Shown in pieces: positions 1 through 9,669 of a stretch of DNA of 64,000 nucleotides (positions within the stretch are counted from its first letter, which is position 1; every line of letters starts with the position of its first letter). The notes beneath the pieces were generated by a model that searched no databases, had not been told where the DNA came from, and saw nothing but the letters and a program-made list of their open reading frames with translations. The position numbers and the translations under genes are program-made. Source of the DNA: a virus (Duplodnaviria; Heunggongvirae; Uroviricota; Caudoviricetes); IMG/VR virus record IMGVR_UViG_3300014043_000277; one strand, 5' to 3'.

Positions 1-1614
1 TTCAGTTGAACGCATTTTCCTGTCGCTTACAGGTTCCAAATCATCCAGTTCCGTTTTCGCCTGCTCAATCTGTTTTTCAAGCATTCCTATCTGATTGTTT
101 GATTCAGTGAAATTCCTGCGCGCGTCATCATATTGTTTGACTTTCATTTCATCCATTCTGATGTCGGATATGCGTCCGCGAATGTTCCCGGTTTCCTTTT
201 CCGTCGCTTTCAATTCTGATTTCATATCATCAATCGCTTTCAATGCGCTCACAGCAGCCGATTGTTTTGATTCTGCATCAATGATTGTCGTTTTCAGTGA
301 TTCCAGTTCCATGTCATGTGTTTTCAATGCGTTCAGCATGGTTTCAGCTGTTTCCAATGATGCGGTTGATTCTTTTATTGTCTTATCCGCGTCATTGATT
401 ATCCTGTTGAATTCCTTCCTGACATGTTCCGCGTCTTTTATCGGTTGCAGACATGTCGGGCATTTCCCTTCACCGGTTTCCAATGTTTCCATTGAATCCA
501 ACGCCTGTTCGCGCCGCGCTTTCGCATCCGCAATAGCAATGTTCGCATCATCAATCGTCCTCTCAAAACCGCTGATAGTCCCATCAGGTTTGCTGTTTTT
601 CAGTTCCGCAAGTTTTGTTTTCAATGATTCCATTTGTTCATTTGACGGGGCTGCGTTCGCAATGGCTTCCAATTTTGCGTTTTCTGATTGCAATGCATGC
701 AATCTGTTTTCAGCGTCAGTGAGTTGTTTTTCAAGTTCATCCGTGTTTCTGATTGACGGCAATGAATCTTTCATGACTGCAATGTTTTCCATGAGTTCAT
801 CACGTTGCGCCGTCAGTATTTTCAATGTGTTCTTATAACCGTCAATTTCATATGACAGTTTATTCGCCGCATCCCTGTCCGTTCGCATTTTCACTGTTTG
901 CGCCGTCAGTGATTCCTGTGTTTCCAATTCGGTTTTCAATGATGTTTTCAATGATTCGCGTTCCGATTCAATTTCATTGATTTCCTTTTCGGATTCCTTG
1001 ATTATGTTCTCATAATTCGTATCATTATCCGGCGGCGCGAGAAGCGCGAGTGCTTTTTTCAGGCTGTTCGCGTCATCCCTTGCGGCTTTCACGGCTTTCG
1101 TCGCGGCTGTGATTCCAGTGAGTTTTTCAATGTTCGTCTGACGGACTGCCGGTGATTGCGATATGATGTCATCAACTTGTTTCTGCTGGACGAGAACAGC
1201 GGATAGGAAGCCGTCAGTGTCCAAACCGATGGTTTTCGGTATCCATTTGCTCACATTACTCACGGCTGGACCTGCTTCCAGTTTGCCGTTTAACCGGCAT
1301 TCGCATTGGACTGTCCCTGCCTTGCCTTTAATTGATCTGTTCACGATGAGTTCATCGTCATCGTTTATTATTAGTGAAACCTCAACATAGCATGGATCAT
1401 CCTGTGCTGCCGTGTTCCGTTTCAATTCCGTGTTTTTCAATGATTTTGATGGTTTCACACCATACAGCGCCCATGCTATTCCATCGATTATTGATGATTT
1501 TCCATGTCCATTCTCACCGAGAATCGCTGTGATTCCAGTGTCCGCAGGCGTGAACATGTAATCAGTGTGCTTCCTGAAATTGACAAGATGCACATAATTC
1601 AGTTTCAATCGCAT
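1..1614 (-). CDS. sbcC: SbcC/Rad50-like SMC ATPase, N-terminal part (runs off window start; not in the supplied ORF track)
   Basis: Manual translation from ATG at 1614: MRLKLNYVHLVNFRKHTDY...TAILGENGHGKSSIIDGIAWALYG (Walker A), long coiled coil, zinc hook GKCPTCLQ near 450-465. Frame is open to base 1 and the start overlaps the holA stop. Confidence 0.9.
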   Translation of the reverse strand, partial: MRLKLNYVHLVNFRKHTDYMFTPADTGITAILGENGHGKSSIIDGIAWALYGVKPSKSLKNTELKRNTAAQDDPCYVEVSLIINDDDELIVNRSIKGKAGTVQCECRLNGKLEAGPAVSNVSKWIPKTIGLDTDGFLSAVLVQQKQVDDIISQSPAVRQTNIEKLTGITAATKAVKAARDDANSLKKALALLAPPDNDTNYENIIKESEKEINEIESERESLKTSLKTELETQESLTAQTVKMRTDRDAANKLSYEIDGYKNTLKILTAQRDELMENIAVMKDSLPSIRNTDELEKQLTDAENRLHALQSENAKLEAIANAAPSNEQMESLKTKLAELKNSKPDGTISGFERTIDDANIAIADAKARREQALDSMETLETGEGKCPTCLQPIKDAEHVRKEFNRIINDADKTIKESTASLETAETMLNALKTHDMELESLKTTIIDAESKQSAAVSALKAIDDMKSELKATEKETGNIRGRISDIRMDEMKVKQYDDARRNFTESNNQIGMLEKQIEQAKTELDDLEPVSDRKMRSTE

Positions 1615-2600
1615 ATTTCCGCTATCATCCTTATCATTATGTTCCGTGGTGAAAGTTTGCATTTCACGGAAGCGCCTTTCATTTCCGCTTCCGCCTTGTT
1701 TATCGCTTCCAATATTTCAGTTATCCGTTTCCGTCCGAGTTGTTTCGCTCGGTTTATCTTCTTGACCGTCGGATAACCTGATTTACCGGTTTCAGGGTCT
1801 TTCATTCCTTTGCCGGAATATTTCGGATCAGGCAAACCGAGGGTTTTCGCCGCTTCCGAACCTGTCAAACCGTCCGCTGTCATTGTCTGCAATGCGAGCA
1901 ATTCAATGAAATTGTTTTTCAACCAGCTGGTTACAGCAAGTGGATTCATGCCGCCATCCAATACGCGCAGCATTTTCATCATCATGGCGTTCCCATTGTT
2001 ATCCGCTATGCAGTCATCCAATCCGGGTTCCGCGTTCCGCCCGAAACCAATGCCCCAGGGAGGTATTTCACCGGGGGATGTAGTCAAACGGGATTTTATT
2101 TCATCCCATGTCATCGCAGCTTGTACGCGTTCAGGCATTCTGGACACATCGCGGGCAATGGATACAATGTTTTCAGCATCATCACCGGCATATGACAGAA
2201 GTTTGTGTTTAACCGGCTCTGATAGTTTCATTGTGTTCAGGACATCATTTATTTTCTCTGTCCTGTCAGTCATGACTATTCCGCCGAGTGTTTTGATTTT
2301 CTTCTGGATGTCTTTCGCCGGTTTCACGTTTCCTGGAACGGTGGTTATTATCGCAAGGCATTCACCTGTGATTGCATCGGCATCTGAATCCAATGCGTTC
2401 AGCATTGCGTTCAATGTATCCTTATCGGTTATCTGTATTATAGTCGGTGATTCATCAAACAAGGTTTCCCTGTATAAATCACTGACGGCGTTCACTATTT
2501 CAAAATCGGATGCATCCGGTAACCATTCCGTGCGTATCCTGTCGATTGCGCGGCGGCGTCCGGTGTCAATGTCCGAGCATGGCACATACATTATTCTCAT
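1605..2600 (-). CDS. holA: DNA polymerase III delta (HolA)-like clamp-loader subunit
   Basis: Delta-like layout (LLSYAGDD; PPW; GGMNPLAV; C-terminal EAINKAEAEMKG). Start moved to ATG 2600 because an extended -10 (TGGTATCAT) sits 7 nt upstream; the ORF track starts at 2627. Confidence 0.7.
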   Translation of the reverse strand: MRIMYVPCSDIDTGRRRAIDRIRTEWLPDASDFEIVNAVSDLYRETLFDESPTIIQITDKDTLNAMLNALDSDADAITGECLAIITTVPGNVKPAKDIQKKIKTLGGIVMTDRTEKINDVLNTMKLSEPVKHKLLSYAGDDAENIVSIARDVSRMPERVQAAMTWDEIKSRLTTSPGEIPPWGIGFGRNAEPGLDDCIADNNGNAMMMKMLRVLDGGMNPLAVTSWLKNNFIELLALQTMTADGLTGSEAAKTLGLPDPKYSGKGMKDPETGKSGYPTVKKINRAKQLGRKRITEILEAINKAEAEMKGASVKCKLSPRNIMIRMIAEICD

Positions 2601-2640
2601 GCGTTCAATGATACCATTTGAAAGCAAGTGTTAGGAAATG

Positions 2641-2681
2641 GAATAAACCCGCTGGAACCGAGAAAACCAGCGGGTTTATTC
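2641..2681 (-). terminator. Intrinsic terminator-like hairpin
   Basis: Perfect 15-bp inverted repeat gaataaacccgctgg / ccagcgggtttattc downstream of the 2761-3684 gene. Confidence 0.7.
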
Positions 2682-2760
2682 TTTTACAAGGATATTAAAA
2701 TCATCTGTTCGCGTCAGGTGATGCCATCAATGTTATCATATGGATTCATGCATCGGGAAG

Positions 2761-3684
2761 TCATGAGTGGATGAATTCGTCATAATCCGCAATCGCCCAT
2801 TTCCAGAGTTTATAAGCTGGACCTGCGACTGTCTTTTCCCATTTTTTACGTGAATTCTCATCATTGATGTCAACATTGTCCGCATCGGATGTTTCAATGA
2901 GTTCAAGCAGGATGGTGCGTGCAGTCAAATGTGAATTGTAGAAACGGTTCGGCGCTTCCAGTTTGCCATCATAGATTTTCACTTGCATCATGTCCGCGAG
3001 TTTCACGAATTCCTCAGTGGTTGTTTTCAATGTATCATCAGTTGCATCCGGGAATTTTTTCAATAGTGAGAAATACATTTTCGGCATGCATGACACGGCA
3101 TATGAACCGGGGTTAACCGAACCATCGGGATTGGTTCCGAACCATGGTTTGTTTTCAAATTCGCCAGTGTTTGCGGGCATATTGAAACCAGTGTTTTCAA
3201 CTACCGCATTCGCTGAATCGGCGGCTATCGCATCACCGCCTGAATTGTCTTGCGCGGGATCGGTGAGATGCTGACCTGATAAAGTGAGTGTTTTGCCGGG
3301 TTCACCGAAACCGACGAATAGTTTGATTGTGTTTTCCGCAGCGATTGGAGCTGATGGATTGCCGTGCTCATCTGTGCGCAGTGATTTCATGCTGGCTTTC
3401 CTGTCAACGCCACGCTTACGCTGTGTTTCATGACGGAATTCAATCGCCTCACCTGTGTTATGCGCGTTTTCGGCTATTTCGAATGCAGGATCGTCAGTGT
3501 TGATGTAACCGACGATTGGACGTTTCAATCCGTCAACTTTCACTTCTATTTTCTTGCTTCTGTCTCCGCCTTCTATCTTATCAATGAAACCGACGCCTTT
3601 TAATACGAGAACCTCCGCTTTCACGCCGTTCTCATCGCCGCCATCATGTGAAATGAATGGTTTGCATGACCATGTTTCCGCCAT
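2761..3684 (-). CDS. Hypothetical protein with beta-rich N-terminus and helical C-terminus
   Basis: 307-aa ORF with a Shine-Dalgarno (gaaagga) and a downstream terminator; no family recognised. Confidence 0.75.
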   Translation of the reverse strand: MAETWSCKPFISHDGGDENGVKAEVLVLKGVGFIDKIEGGDRSKKIEVKVDGLKRPIVGYINTDDPAFEIAENAHNTGEAIEFRHETQRKRGVDRKASMKSLRTDEHGNPSAPIAAENTIKLFVGFGEPGKTLTLSGQHLTDPAQDNSGGDAIAADSANAVVENTGFNMPANTGEFENKPWFGTNPDGSVNPGSYAVSCMPKMYFSLLKKFPDATDDTLKTTTEEFVKLADMMQVKIYDGKLEAPNRFYNSHLTARTILLELIETSDADNVDINDENSRKKWEKTVAGPAYKLWKWAIADYDEFIHS

Positions 3685-3818
3685 TGTGTTAGTCCTTTCG
3701 CTAATGTATTGGTCTTCCGTTTTTCACTATTGGAATTCCAATGGCTTGCCTACTTCACAATGATACCAATGCGAATAGCATAAGGTTCGCATAAGCCCGT
3801 TTTCACAAAACTTTCACA
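3685..3818 (-). promoter_or_regulatory. Promoter/leader with a 20-bp box shared with the ssb upstream region
   Basis: gttttcacaaaactttcaca at 3799-3818 is identical to 20208-20227; -10 TATCAT at 3760-3765; leader blocks attccaatggctt and ggtcttccgt are also shared. Confidence 0.65.
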
Positions 3819-3900
3819 AATGAGAACGATTATACCATGAATGCAATGTATCACATGTATTCATGTATGAAATATGCCGCTATCATGGTAAAACAAGTGA

Positions 3901-5265
3901 TTATTTATTGTCTGAAATGTCAATAACCGTAGCGTTATCATGCATCCAATCCGGTATCTGTTTCAACCCGTCATTATCCGTTATCAGGATTATGATCTCG
4001 CACTGCCAGTCAGGTAACCATCTTTTGCATGTATCCCATGGAACGAAACCATCAGTCGCCAGCACGAAAACATCCGGTTTATCACGTTTCGGCAGTTCAC
4101 AGATGTACCTGAACGCGGGCATCATGTCGGTTCCGCCTCCTCCGGTGATGTCAAGATCATTCACATCCGATACTGGCTGGACATCTTTCATTTCAGTGTC
4201 AACACAGAACGCTTTCAGACAATCCTCTCCGAGTCCGTTTTTCACTATTTCCTGAGCCTCATTCAACGCTGCCATTATTTCTTTTTTTCTCATGCTTCCC
4301 GATGTGTCTAATGCGAACACCGCCTGTGGATTGAATGAAATGTAACCCGGAATGATGATATCCGGCATGAATGACGCGGCGCGTTTGTTCACTTTATTGA
4401 ATGATCTGTCAATGGACTGGAATGATTTGCTTGTCCTTGCCATTGAAACGATATGACGCAGAATGTCGCGCCAATCCGCTTTCGGTGGTTTCATGCCGTC
4501 AATGAGCCAGTCCGCTATTTTATCCGATGCTGCTCCGAAACCAGCCTGTTTTGCTTGAACCGCACGTTTCATTGTCCGTTCCATAGCGCTTGTTATCATG
4601 AACGCACTGGCGGCATCTATTCCAGCAGAATCCGCCTGTTTGCCGATGAGTTCAGGATTATCATTCGAACATCCCGCCGGTTTCCCATCCTTGCCGTGTT
4701 TACGTGAACCGGAATCTGCCGTTTTGCCTGAATGCGAATCATTTTGATTGTTCCCTTGTCCGGAATCCGATTGTCCAATGTTCCCATTGGATTCATTGCC
4801 GCAATTGCCTGATTGCGATGCGCCGGATTGTTCGAATAATGGCGGATAATATTCCTCCATTGTTTTATAGCGCGGCAGATTATAATCGCGCGGCATCGGA
4901 TAACAGTCAGGCATCGACAATCCGATTATACCAGTGAATTGCTGATCGATTTCAATGTCCTGCGCAAGCAATGATGATTTCCTGTCAGTCTGATGAGCGG
5001 AACGCGCACGTTGGAAATGCATGTTCAAACAATGGCTCACTTCATGACATATGACGAACGCCTGTTCCTGAACCGATAGTTCCCAGAATCCATCCCCGAT
5101 TGCCAATCGCCATTTCTCATCAATGCATGCAATGGACACATCATCATTCGCATATGGTTGAATCATGGAAACCGCGTCAGTCAGTATCGGCGCTTTCGTA
5201 ACCGCCTGAACAATCGCAATGTTCCATGCATCAGCCTGCTTATCACTCAGTTTACATGCGGTCAT
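3901..5265 (-). CDS. Putative metallopeptidase (HExxH) plus C-terminal VWA-like domain (DUF2201-type)
   Basis: ICHEVSHCL zinc-binding motif; Gly/Asn/Ser low-complexity linker; MIDAS-type ALDTSGSM and GGGGTDM motifs. Confidence 0.85.
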   Translation of the reverse strand: MTACKLSDKQADAWNIAIVQAVTKAPILTDAVSMIQPYANDDVSIACIDEKWRLAIGDGFWELSVQEQAFVICHEVSHCLNMHFQRARSAHQTDRKSSLLAQDIEIDQQFTGIIGLSMPDCYPMPRDYNLPRYKTMEEYYPPLFEQSGASQSGNCGNESNGNIGQSDSGQGNNQNDSHSGKTADSGSRKHGKDGKPAGCSNDNPELIGKQADSAGIDAASAFMITSAMERTMKRAVQAKQAGFGAASDKIADWLIDGMKPPKADWRDILRHIVSMARTSKSFQSIDRSFNKVNKRAASFMPDIIIPGYISFNPQAVFALDTSGSMRKKEIMAALNEAQEIVKNGLGEDCLKAFCVDTEMKDVQPVSDVNDLDITGGGGTDMMPAFRYICELPKRDKPDVFVLATDGFVPWDTCKRWLPDWQCEIIILITDNDGLKQIPDWMHDNATVIDISDNK

Positions 5266-5283
5266 GATGACAATGCTCCCATT

Positions 5284-6489
5284 TTATTTACGCATGAACG
5301 CGGAACGATAAGCGGCTTGTAATCTGCCGATTTCATCAGTCAAACGTTCATATGATGCGAGTTTCATAAGTTGACCGACATATTTCGCGCATAAATCCGT
5401 GCCGCGATTCTGCTGGATATACACGAATAAATCAATGACTTTAACAACTTGCGTCCTATCTTGTTCCGCTATTTGCATTATGCTTCCAATTAATTGCGTT
5501 GCCTGTAATGCGTTCACTGAACGCCAGTCAACGATTGATGGATTGTCAATTACTTGCTGCGGGCGTGGTAATGCGGAACCGCCGCCTTTCTTATAATGGT
5601 GCTCAATGTAATCCCTGAAACGGTTAGTCGCCTCATATCCAATCATGCCAAACGCGGCTTTTTCAATGAGTTTCAAACTTATGCGTCCGTTTGAATCGCG
5701 GCACGATGGTATCACACGGGCGAGATTAGTCCAGCTGCGGTTCGTCGGGTACGCTTTCGCCGCGATATCCAATTTTGATGTTTCACTATCCGCTATGCCG
5801 GGATATTTCACGGCACGGTTCTTCTGCGGCAATTTATAAATCAAATCACCATTATCCGTGAGGAAATCCACTATGCGTTTACGCCATGACATTTCCTCCG
5901 GTGAAATGCGTTCAGGATGACCCCAGTTGTTAACAAGTCCTTGTTTCCATGATTCATCGGATGGTTCCCATGGAATGAACATGAGACGGTTACATGTCGG
6001 CAGTGACAATTCAAAACCATTAGCCGCTGATGACACTGGATTCATCGCTCCTATTATCACTGTCTCATCCGGCATTTTATCACCATTCGCGAATTCGCGT
6101 TCATTCAACAAGCACAGCATTGATGCCTGAACAGCAGGATTAGAATTAGAGTACTCATCAAGGAACAATACGATTTTCTTCTCTGTCATGATACGATACT
6201 GCCAGTTCGGAATCGCATATGACTGCACTTGAATCATGTGTCCATTGCCATCATCTACTGTTTCGATGCGCGGGAAACCAGTGATGTCTGTCGCGTCACG
6301 CTGACTTCCCACTATTGTTATCAAACCATAACCCATGTCATCGGCAAGCTGCCTGACAACAGCCGATTTTCCCTTACCGGGATCACCGACAAGCATTAAG
6401 GATTGTCGCGCCGCGACACCTGCTTTAATAACATTCATTACCTGCTCAGTTTCATTATCCGCCATGATAATTGAATATCCTGAATGCAT
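5284..6489 (-). CDS. MoxR-family AAA+ ATPase
   Basis: Walker A GDPGKGKS, Walker B LFLDEYS, GAMNP sensor-1, TCNRL arginine finger, PTNRSW. True start may be 6465. Directly upstream of the VWA gene. Confidence 0.85.
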   Translation of the reverse strand: MHSGYSIIMADNETEQVMNVIKAGVAARQSLMLVGDPGKGKSAVVRQLADDMGYGLITIVGSQRDATDITGFPRIETVDDGNGHMIQVQSYAIPNWQYRIMTEKKIVLFLDEYSNSNPAVQASMLCLLNEREFANGDKMPDETVIIGAMNPVSSAANGFELSLPTCNRLMFIPWEPSDESWKQGLVNNWGHPERISPEEMSWRKRIVDFLTDNGDLIYKLPQKNRAVKYPGIADSETSKLDIAAKAYPTNRSWTNLARVIPSCRDSNGRISLKLIEKAAFGMIGYEATNRFRDYIEHHYKKGGGSALPRPQQVIDNPSIVDWRSVNALQATQLIGSIMQIAEQDRTQVVKVIDLFVYIQQNRGTDLCAKYVGQLMKLASYERLTDEIGRLQAAYRSAFMRK

Positions 6490-6731
6490 TATTATATAAT
6501 GTAATTATCCCGGAACGGAATGAATTTATTACCATTTGCATCCATATGTAATCGTAATTATATCTGTCATGTTCAATGTTTTATTCCATCGTTTTGCCTA
6601 TTCAGGATACTTATATTGGAAATTGTTCATTTTGGCTGCTTTTGCAATGTTTACAATGATATCAAAATGCGCACATTATCAGAAATCAATCGGAATAATG
6701 CGCGCATTGTTTACATTATAGTATATATTTT

Positions 6732-7718
6732 TTATCCTAAGTCCTCGACATGATTGATTTCGCGCTTGGCGTAGAACAGACCGAAAAACCATATCGCCAT
6801 TGCGATTATGAACACAATCCATGCCATGACGCTCTTGAACCAGTAATCACGAGCCGTCTGATCGCTCATATACATGAAAATGAAAATGCCGGGCAGCACG
6901 GCGCTGGTGATTGAAATTGTAGGCATGATTTCAGAAACGGCCTGTTGGATATGGCGATACCTGCGCTGTCGCGCTTCGATTATTTTCTGGATGACTCCCA
7001 GCTGCTCATCCAAATTGATGCCCTTGTCCACACTGAGGACAATGCATGACATCAGGAATTGCAGTTCCTTCACGCTTGTTGTATCCGAGAACCTCATGAG
7101 CGTGTCGCGCAGGTTGCCACCTGCCGTCAGTTCCATTTCCAATGGACGCAGTTCCTCATATAGCTCATCCGGCGAATCCTTGATTGCGCTCATCAATGCG
7201 TTCTGCGGAAGTGCGTTGTTCTGGATGCTTGCGCGCATTGATTGCAGGAAACCGGGAACCTGTCCTGATATCTTACGGTCGCGGCGTTTTGATATGAAAC
7301 CGAAAATGAACGCGGTTCCAATCATGACAAGCACTGTAACCATGAGCGCGGCAATCACCTGTCCTCCGAATAATGCAAGGCAGATGATTGCGACGGCAGC
7401 GAACAGTTCAACCATCCGGATTCCGATGTTATCACGTGAAACCAATGGAATGCTCAAACCTGAACCGATTACACGCTTATCCCAGTATTGTTGCCATTTA
7501 ACCCAGTAGGGATTCTGACGCTGCTGTTTATTGTTGACAAGTTCCGATTCTAATGAATCTGTAACCTGATCCAATAATACCGCGTCCGCATCTTCCTGAT
7601 TTATGGTTTGCCGGATATACAGGAAAATCGCGCCGAATATCAATCCAACCACTATCGAGATGAAAATCGGCATCGGGTCGATTCCTTTTAGCATGTCAAT
7701 CATTTCTGCTGTACTCAT
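6732..7718 (-). CDS. tadB: TadB-like (T2SS F-domain) pilus assembly membrane protein
   Basis: N-terminal TM, two central TMs, QVPGFLQSMRAS...ALMSA...EL helical F domain, two C-terminal TMs; follows cpaF. Confidence 0.75.
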   Translation of the reverse strand: MSTAEMIDMLKGIDPMPIFISIVVGLIFGAIFLYIRQTINQEDADAVLLDQVTDSLESELVNNKQQRQNPYWVKWQQYWDKRVIGSGLSIPLVSRDNIGIRMVELFAAVAIICLALFGGQVIAALMVTVLVMIGTAFIFGFISKRRDRKISGQVPGFLQSMRASIQNNALPQNALMSAIKDSPDELYEELRPLEMELTAGGNLRDTLMRFSDTTSVKELQFLMSCIVLSVDKGINLDEQLGVIQKIIEARQRRYRHIQQAVSEIMPTISITSAVLPGIFIFMYMSDQTARDYWFKSVMAWIVFIIAMAIWFFGLFYAKREINHVEDLG

Positions 7719-7777
7719 TGATTAATTGCTCCTTGTAATGAACGTCTTCAATGTGAATATAATATCCATTGTTTTCA

Positions 7778-9508
7778 TCATTGTCGTTGCGCGGGTTGAG
7801 GCACATGCATGACCGGTGGAACCATTGGACGCTGCGGCGGCATCATTGGACGTTGCAGAACCTGCTGCTGAATCGCGTTTATTGGGACATTATTAACCTG
7901 CTGTTTTGTGTTCATTGGAGTCATGTTCGCATTATTCGCCGGAACCTGCGGCTTCTGCGGTTGATCCGGTCCGTCATCCTCATCCTCCCAGTCAGTCGCG
8001 AACATACGATCCTTAGCGGATACGTTTTCAAGTTTCAGCAATTGGTGCCATGTGAGCAATGGTTTGAAATCCCAATCCGGGATTGTGCGGATACGTTCAG
8101 GTGATAGTTCATTCACTTTAATCCATTCGCCGGTTATTTCACCGTTATCATTCAAACCCTTCTGTTTGAATGTCCATAATGGGATTGTTTTCAATTCCGG
8201 TTCGCCGGCCTGGTTCTGTGTGATATGAGGCGCAACTTCATGGATGCCGGTGATGATACGACGTGTTTTACCGCCTATCGCAAGGAATTTCTTGATTTCA
8301 ATGATGATTGCGAATGCGGATTGGATGGCTCCGAGTGTTTCCGTTCCGACAAGTTCGCCGCCCTGTGAGATTGCCATTTCCACACGGCTGATTGCATGGC
8401 TTGCATTGTTCGCATGGATGGTGCTGAACACCTGGTGTCCCGTGTTCGCGGCGTCACATAAATCATATGCTTCCGAACCACGGGTTTCTCCAATGATGAT
8501 TATCTGCGGGGATAGACGCAATGCCGTTTTCACGAGTTTACGGATGCTGATTTCACCTTCTCCTGTCAAACCTGCCTGTCGTGCTTCCAATGGTGCTGCA
8601 AGCAGTTTGTTCGGGTTCACGTTCAATTCCAATGTATCCTCAATTGTCAGGATTCTTTTCTCATTCGGGAACATTCCAGTGAGCGCGTTCAGCACGGTTG
8701 TCTTACCTGTTGATGTACCCCCTGAAACCAATGCTGACAAACCGAGTCGGATGTATCGTTCCAAATCCAACAGCATTTCCTTTGATGCCATTCCTGTCGC
8801 GACGATATCGGATACAGTCCAGTGGCGGACATCATGGCGACGAATGTCAATGTTCGGTCCTGCCGGGCATACGGCAGGATGAGTCGCTTCGAAACGTGAA
8901 CCGTCATGCAAGCGTGATTCCGCGATGCAGTTCGTTGAATCCAATGATTTATTGTAATCACCGAGTAGTTTCGTGCAGAATTCCAATGCATGAGCCTGAT
9001 TCATGAATGACGCACCGGGGATTCTTTTCAAACCGAGATCGGACTCGAATTGAATGTCATTCGGTCCGTTCACATAAACTTCCTTGACGCGCGGATCGCG
9101 CCATATCGGTTCCAGCATGCTCATTCCGAGGATCTCGTTGACGACGAGCTGCATGAGGATTCGACGGTTCAAGCTGGTTCCGATCCGTCCGTCATTCTGG
9201 TTTGTCCATTCGTTCACCAATGCGCGTATTTTATTCGCTGCGCTCTTGTATTCAATGGATTCAGGGCCGACAAGACGCGCCTGTGAGAATTGGGCTGAAT
9301 AGCCATTCCTGTTTCCTATCTGCTGGAAAATCCATAATTTGACATCATTGACAACAGGCCAGTATGGCGTCAGGAAACCACGTTCCTGATTCATCAGGAA
9401 ATCCAATGTGAGCAGATTATCCTTTTCAACATCCTCTGATGTTGTTACTTTACCGGATTTTGACACTTTCGGTTTAACGGATGGATGATAATTGCCACCA
9501 ATCGCCAT
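7778..9508 (-). CDS. cpaF: CpaF/TadA secretion ATPase (VirB11 superfamily)
   Basis: Walker A GGTSTGKTT, Asp box TIEDTLEL, Walker B IIIGETRG, His box GHQVFSTIHAN; Pro/Gln-rich C-tail. Confidence 0.9.
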   Translation of the reverse strand: MAIGGNYHPSVKPKVSKSGKVTTSEDVEKDNLLTLDFLMNQERGFLTPYWPVVNDVKLWIFQQIGNRNGYSAQFSQARLVGPESIEYKSAANKIRALVNEWTNQNDGRIGTSLNRRILMQLVVNEILGMSMLEPIWRDPRVKEVYVNGPNDIQFESDLGLKRIPGASFMNQAHALEFCTKLLGDYNKSLDSTNCIAESRLHDGSRFEATHPAVCPAGPNIDIRRHDVRHWTVSDIVATGMASKEMLLDLERYIRLGLSALVSGGTSTGKTTVLNALTGMFPNEKRILTIEDTLELNVNPNKLLAAPLEARQAGLTGEGEISIRKLVKTALRLSPQIIIIGETRGSEAYDLCDAANTGHQVFSTIHANNASHAISRVEMAISQGGELVGTETLGAIQSAFAIIIEIKKFLAIGGKTRRIITGIHEVAPHITQNQAGEPELKTIPLWTFKQKGLNDNGEITGEWIKVNELSPERIRTIPDWDFKPLLTWHQLLKLENVSAKDRMFATDWEDEDDGPDQPQKPQVPANNANMTPMNTKQQVNNVPINAIQQQVLQRPMMPPQRPMVPPVMHVPQPAQRQ

Positions 9509-9606
9509 AAAAATATTCCTTCCATGAAAGCATATTCATATTCCGATTATGAAATATCATCATGAAACTGAAAACTCACTGAAAGGAAATAACAGCCATA
9601 CTATGA

Positions 9607-9649
9607 AAAAAGAATGCATGTAATGAGAACAATTGCGTGCATTCTTTTT
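9607..9649 (-). terminator. Terminator-like inverted repeat
   Basis: 12-bp arms aaaaagaatgca / tgcattcttttt with a 19-nt loop downstream of the DsbA-like gene. Confidence 0.45.
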
Positions 9650-9669
9650 CACCTGCGGTTGATCAATCA

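Noticed and set aside
95-838. 247-aa plus-strand ORF and the many other plus-strand ORFs (e.g. 1810-2634, 6874-7509, 8244-8882, 33417-34121, 41993-42688)
   Set aside because: They are antisense shadows of well-supported minus-strand genes, with Ser/Phe/Ile-rich composition and no motifs.
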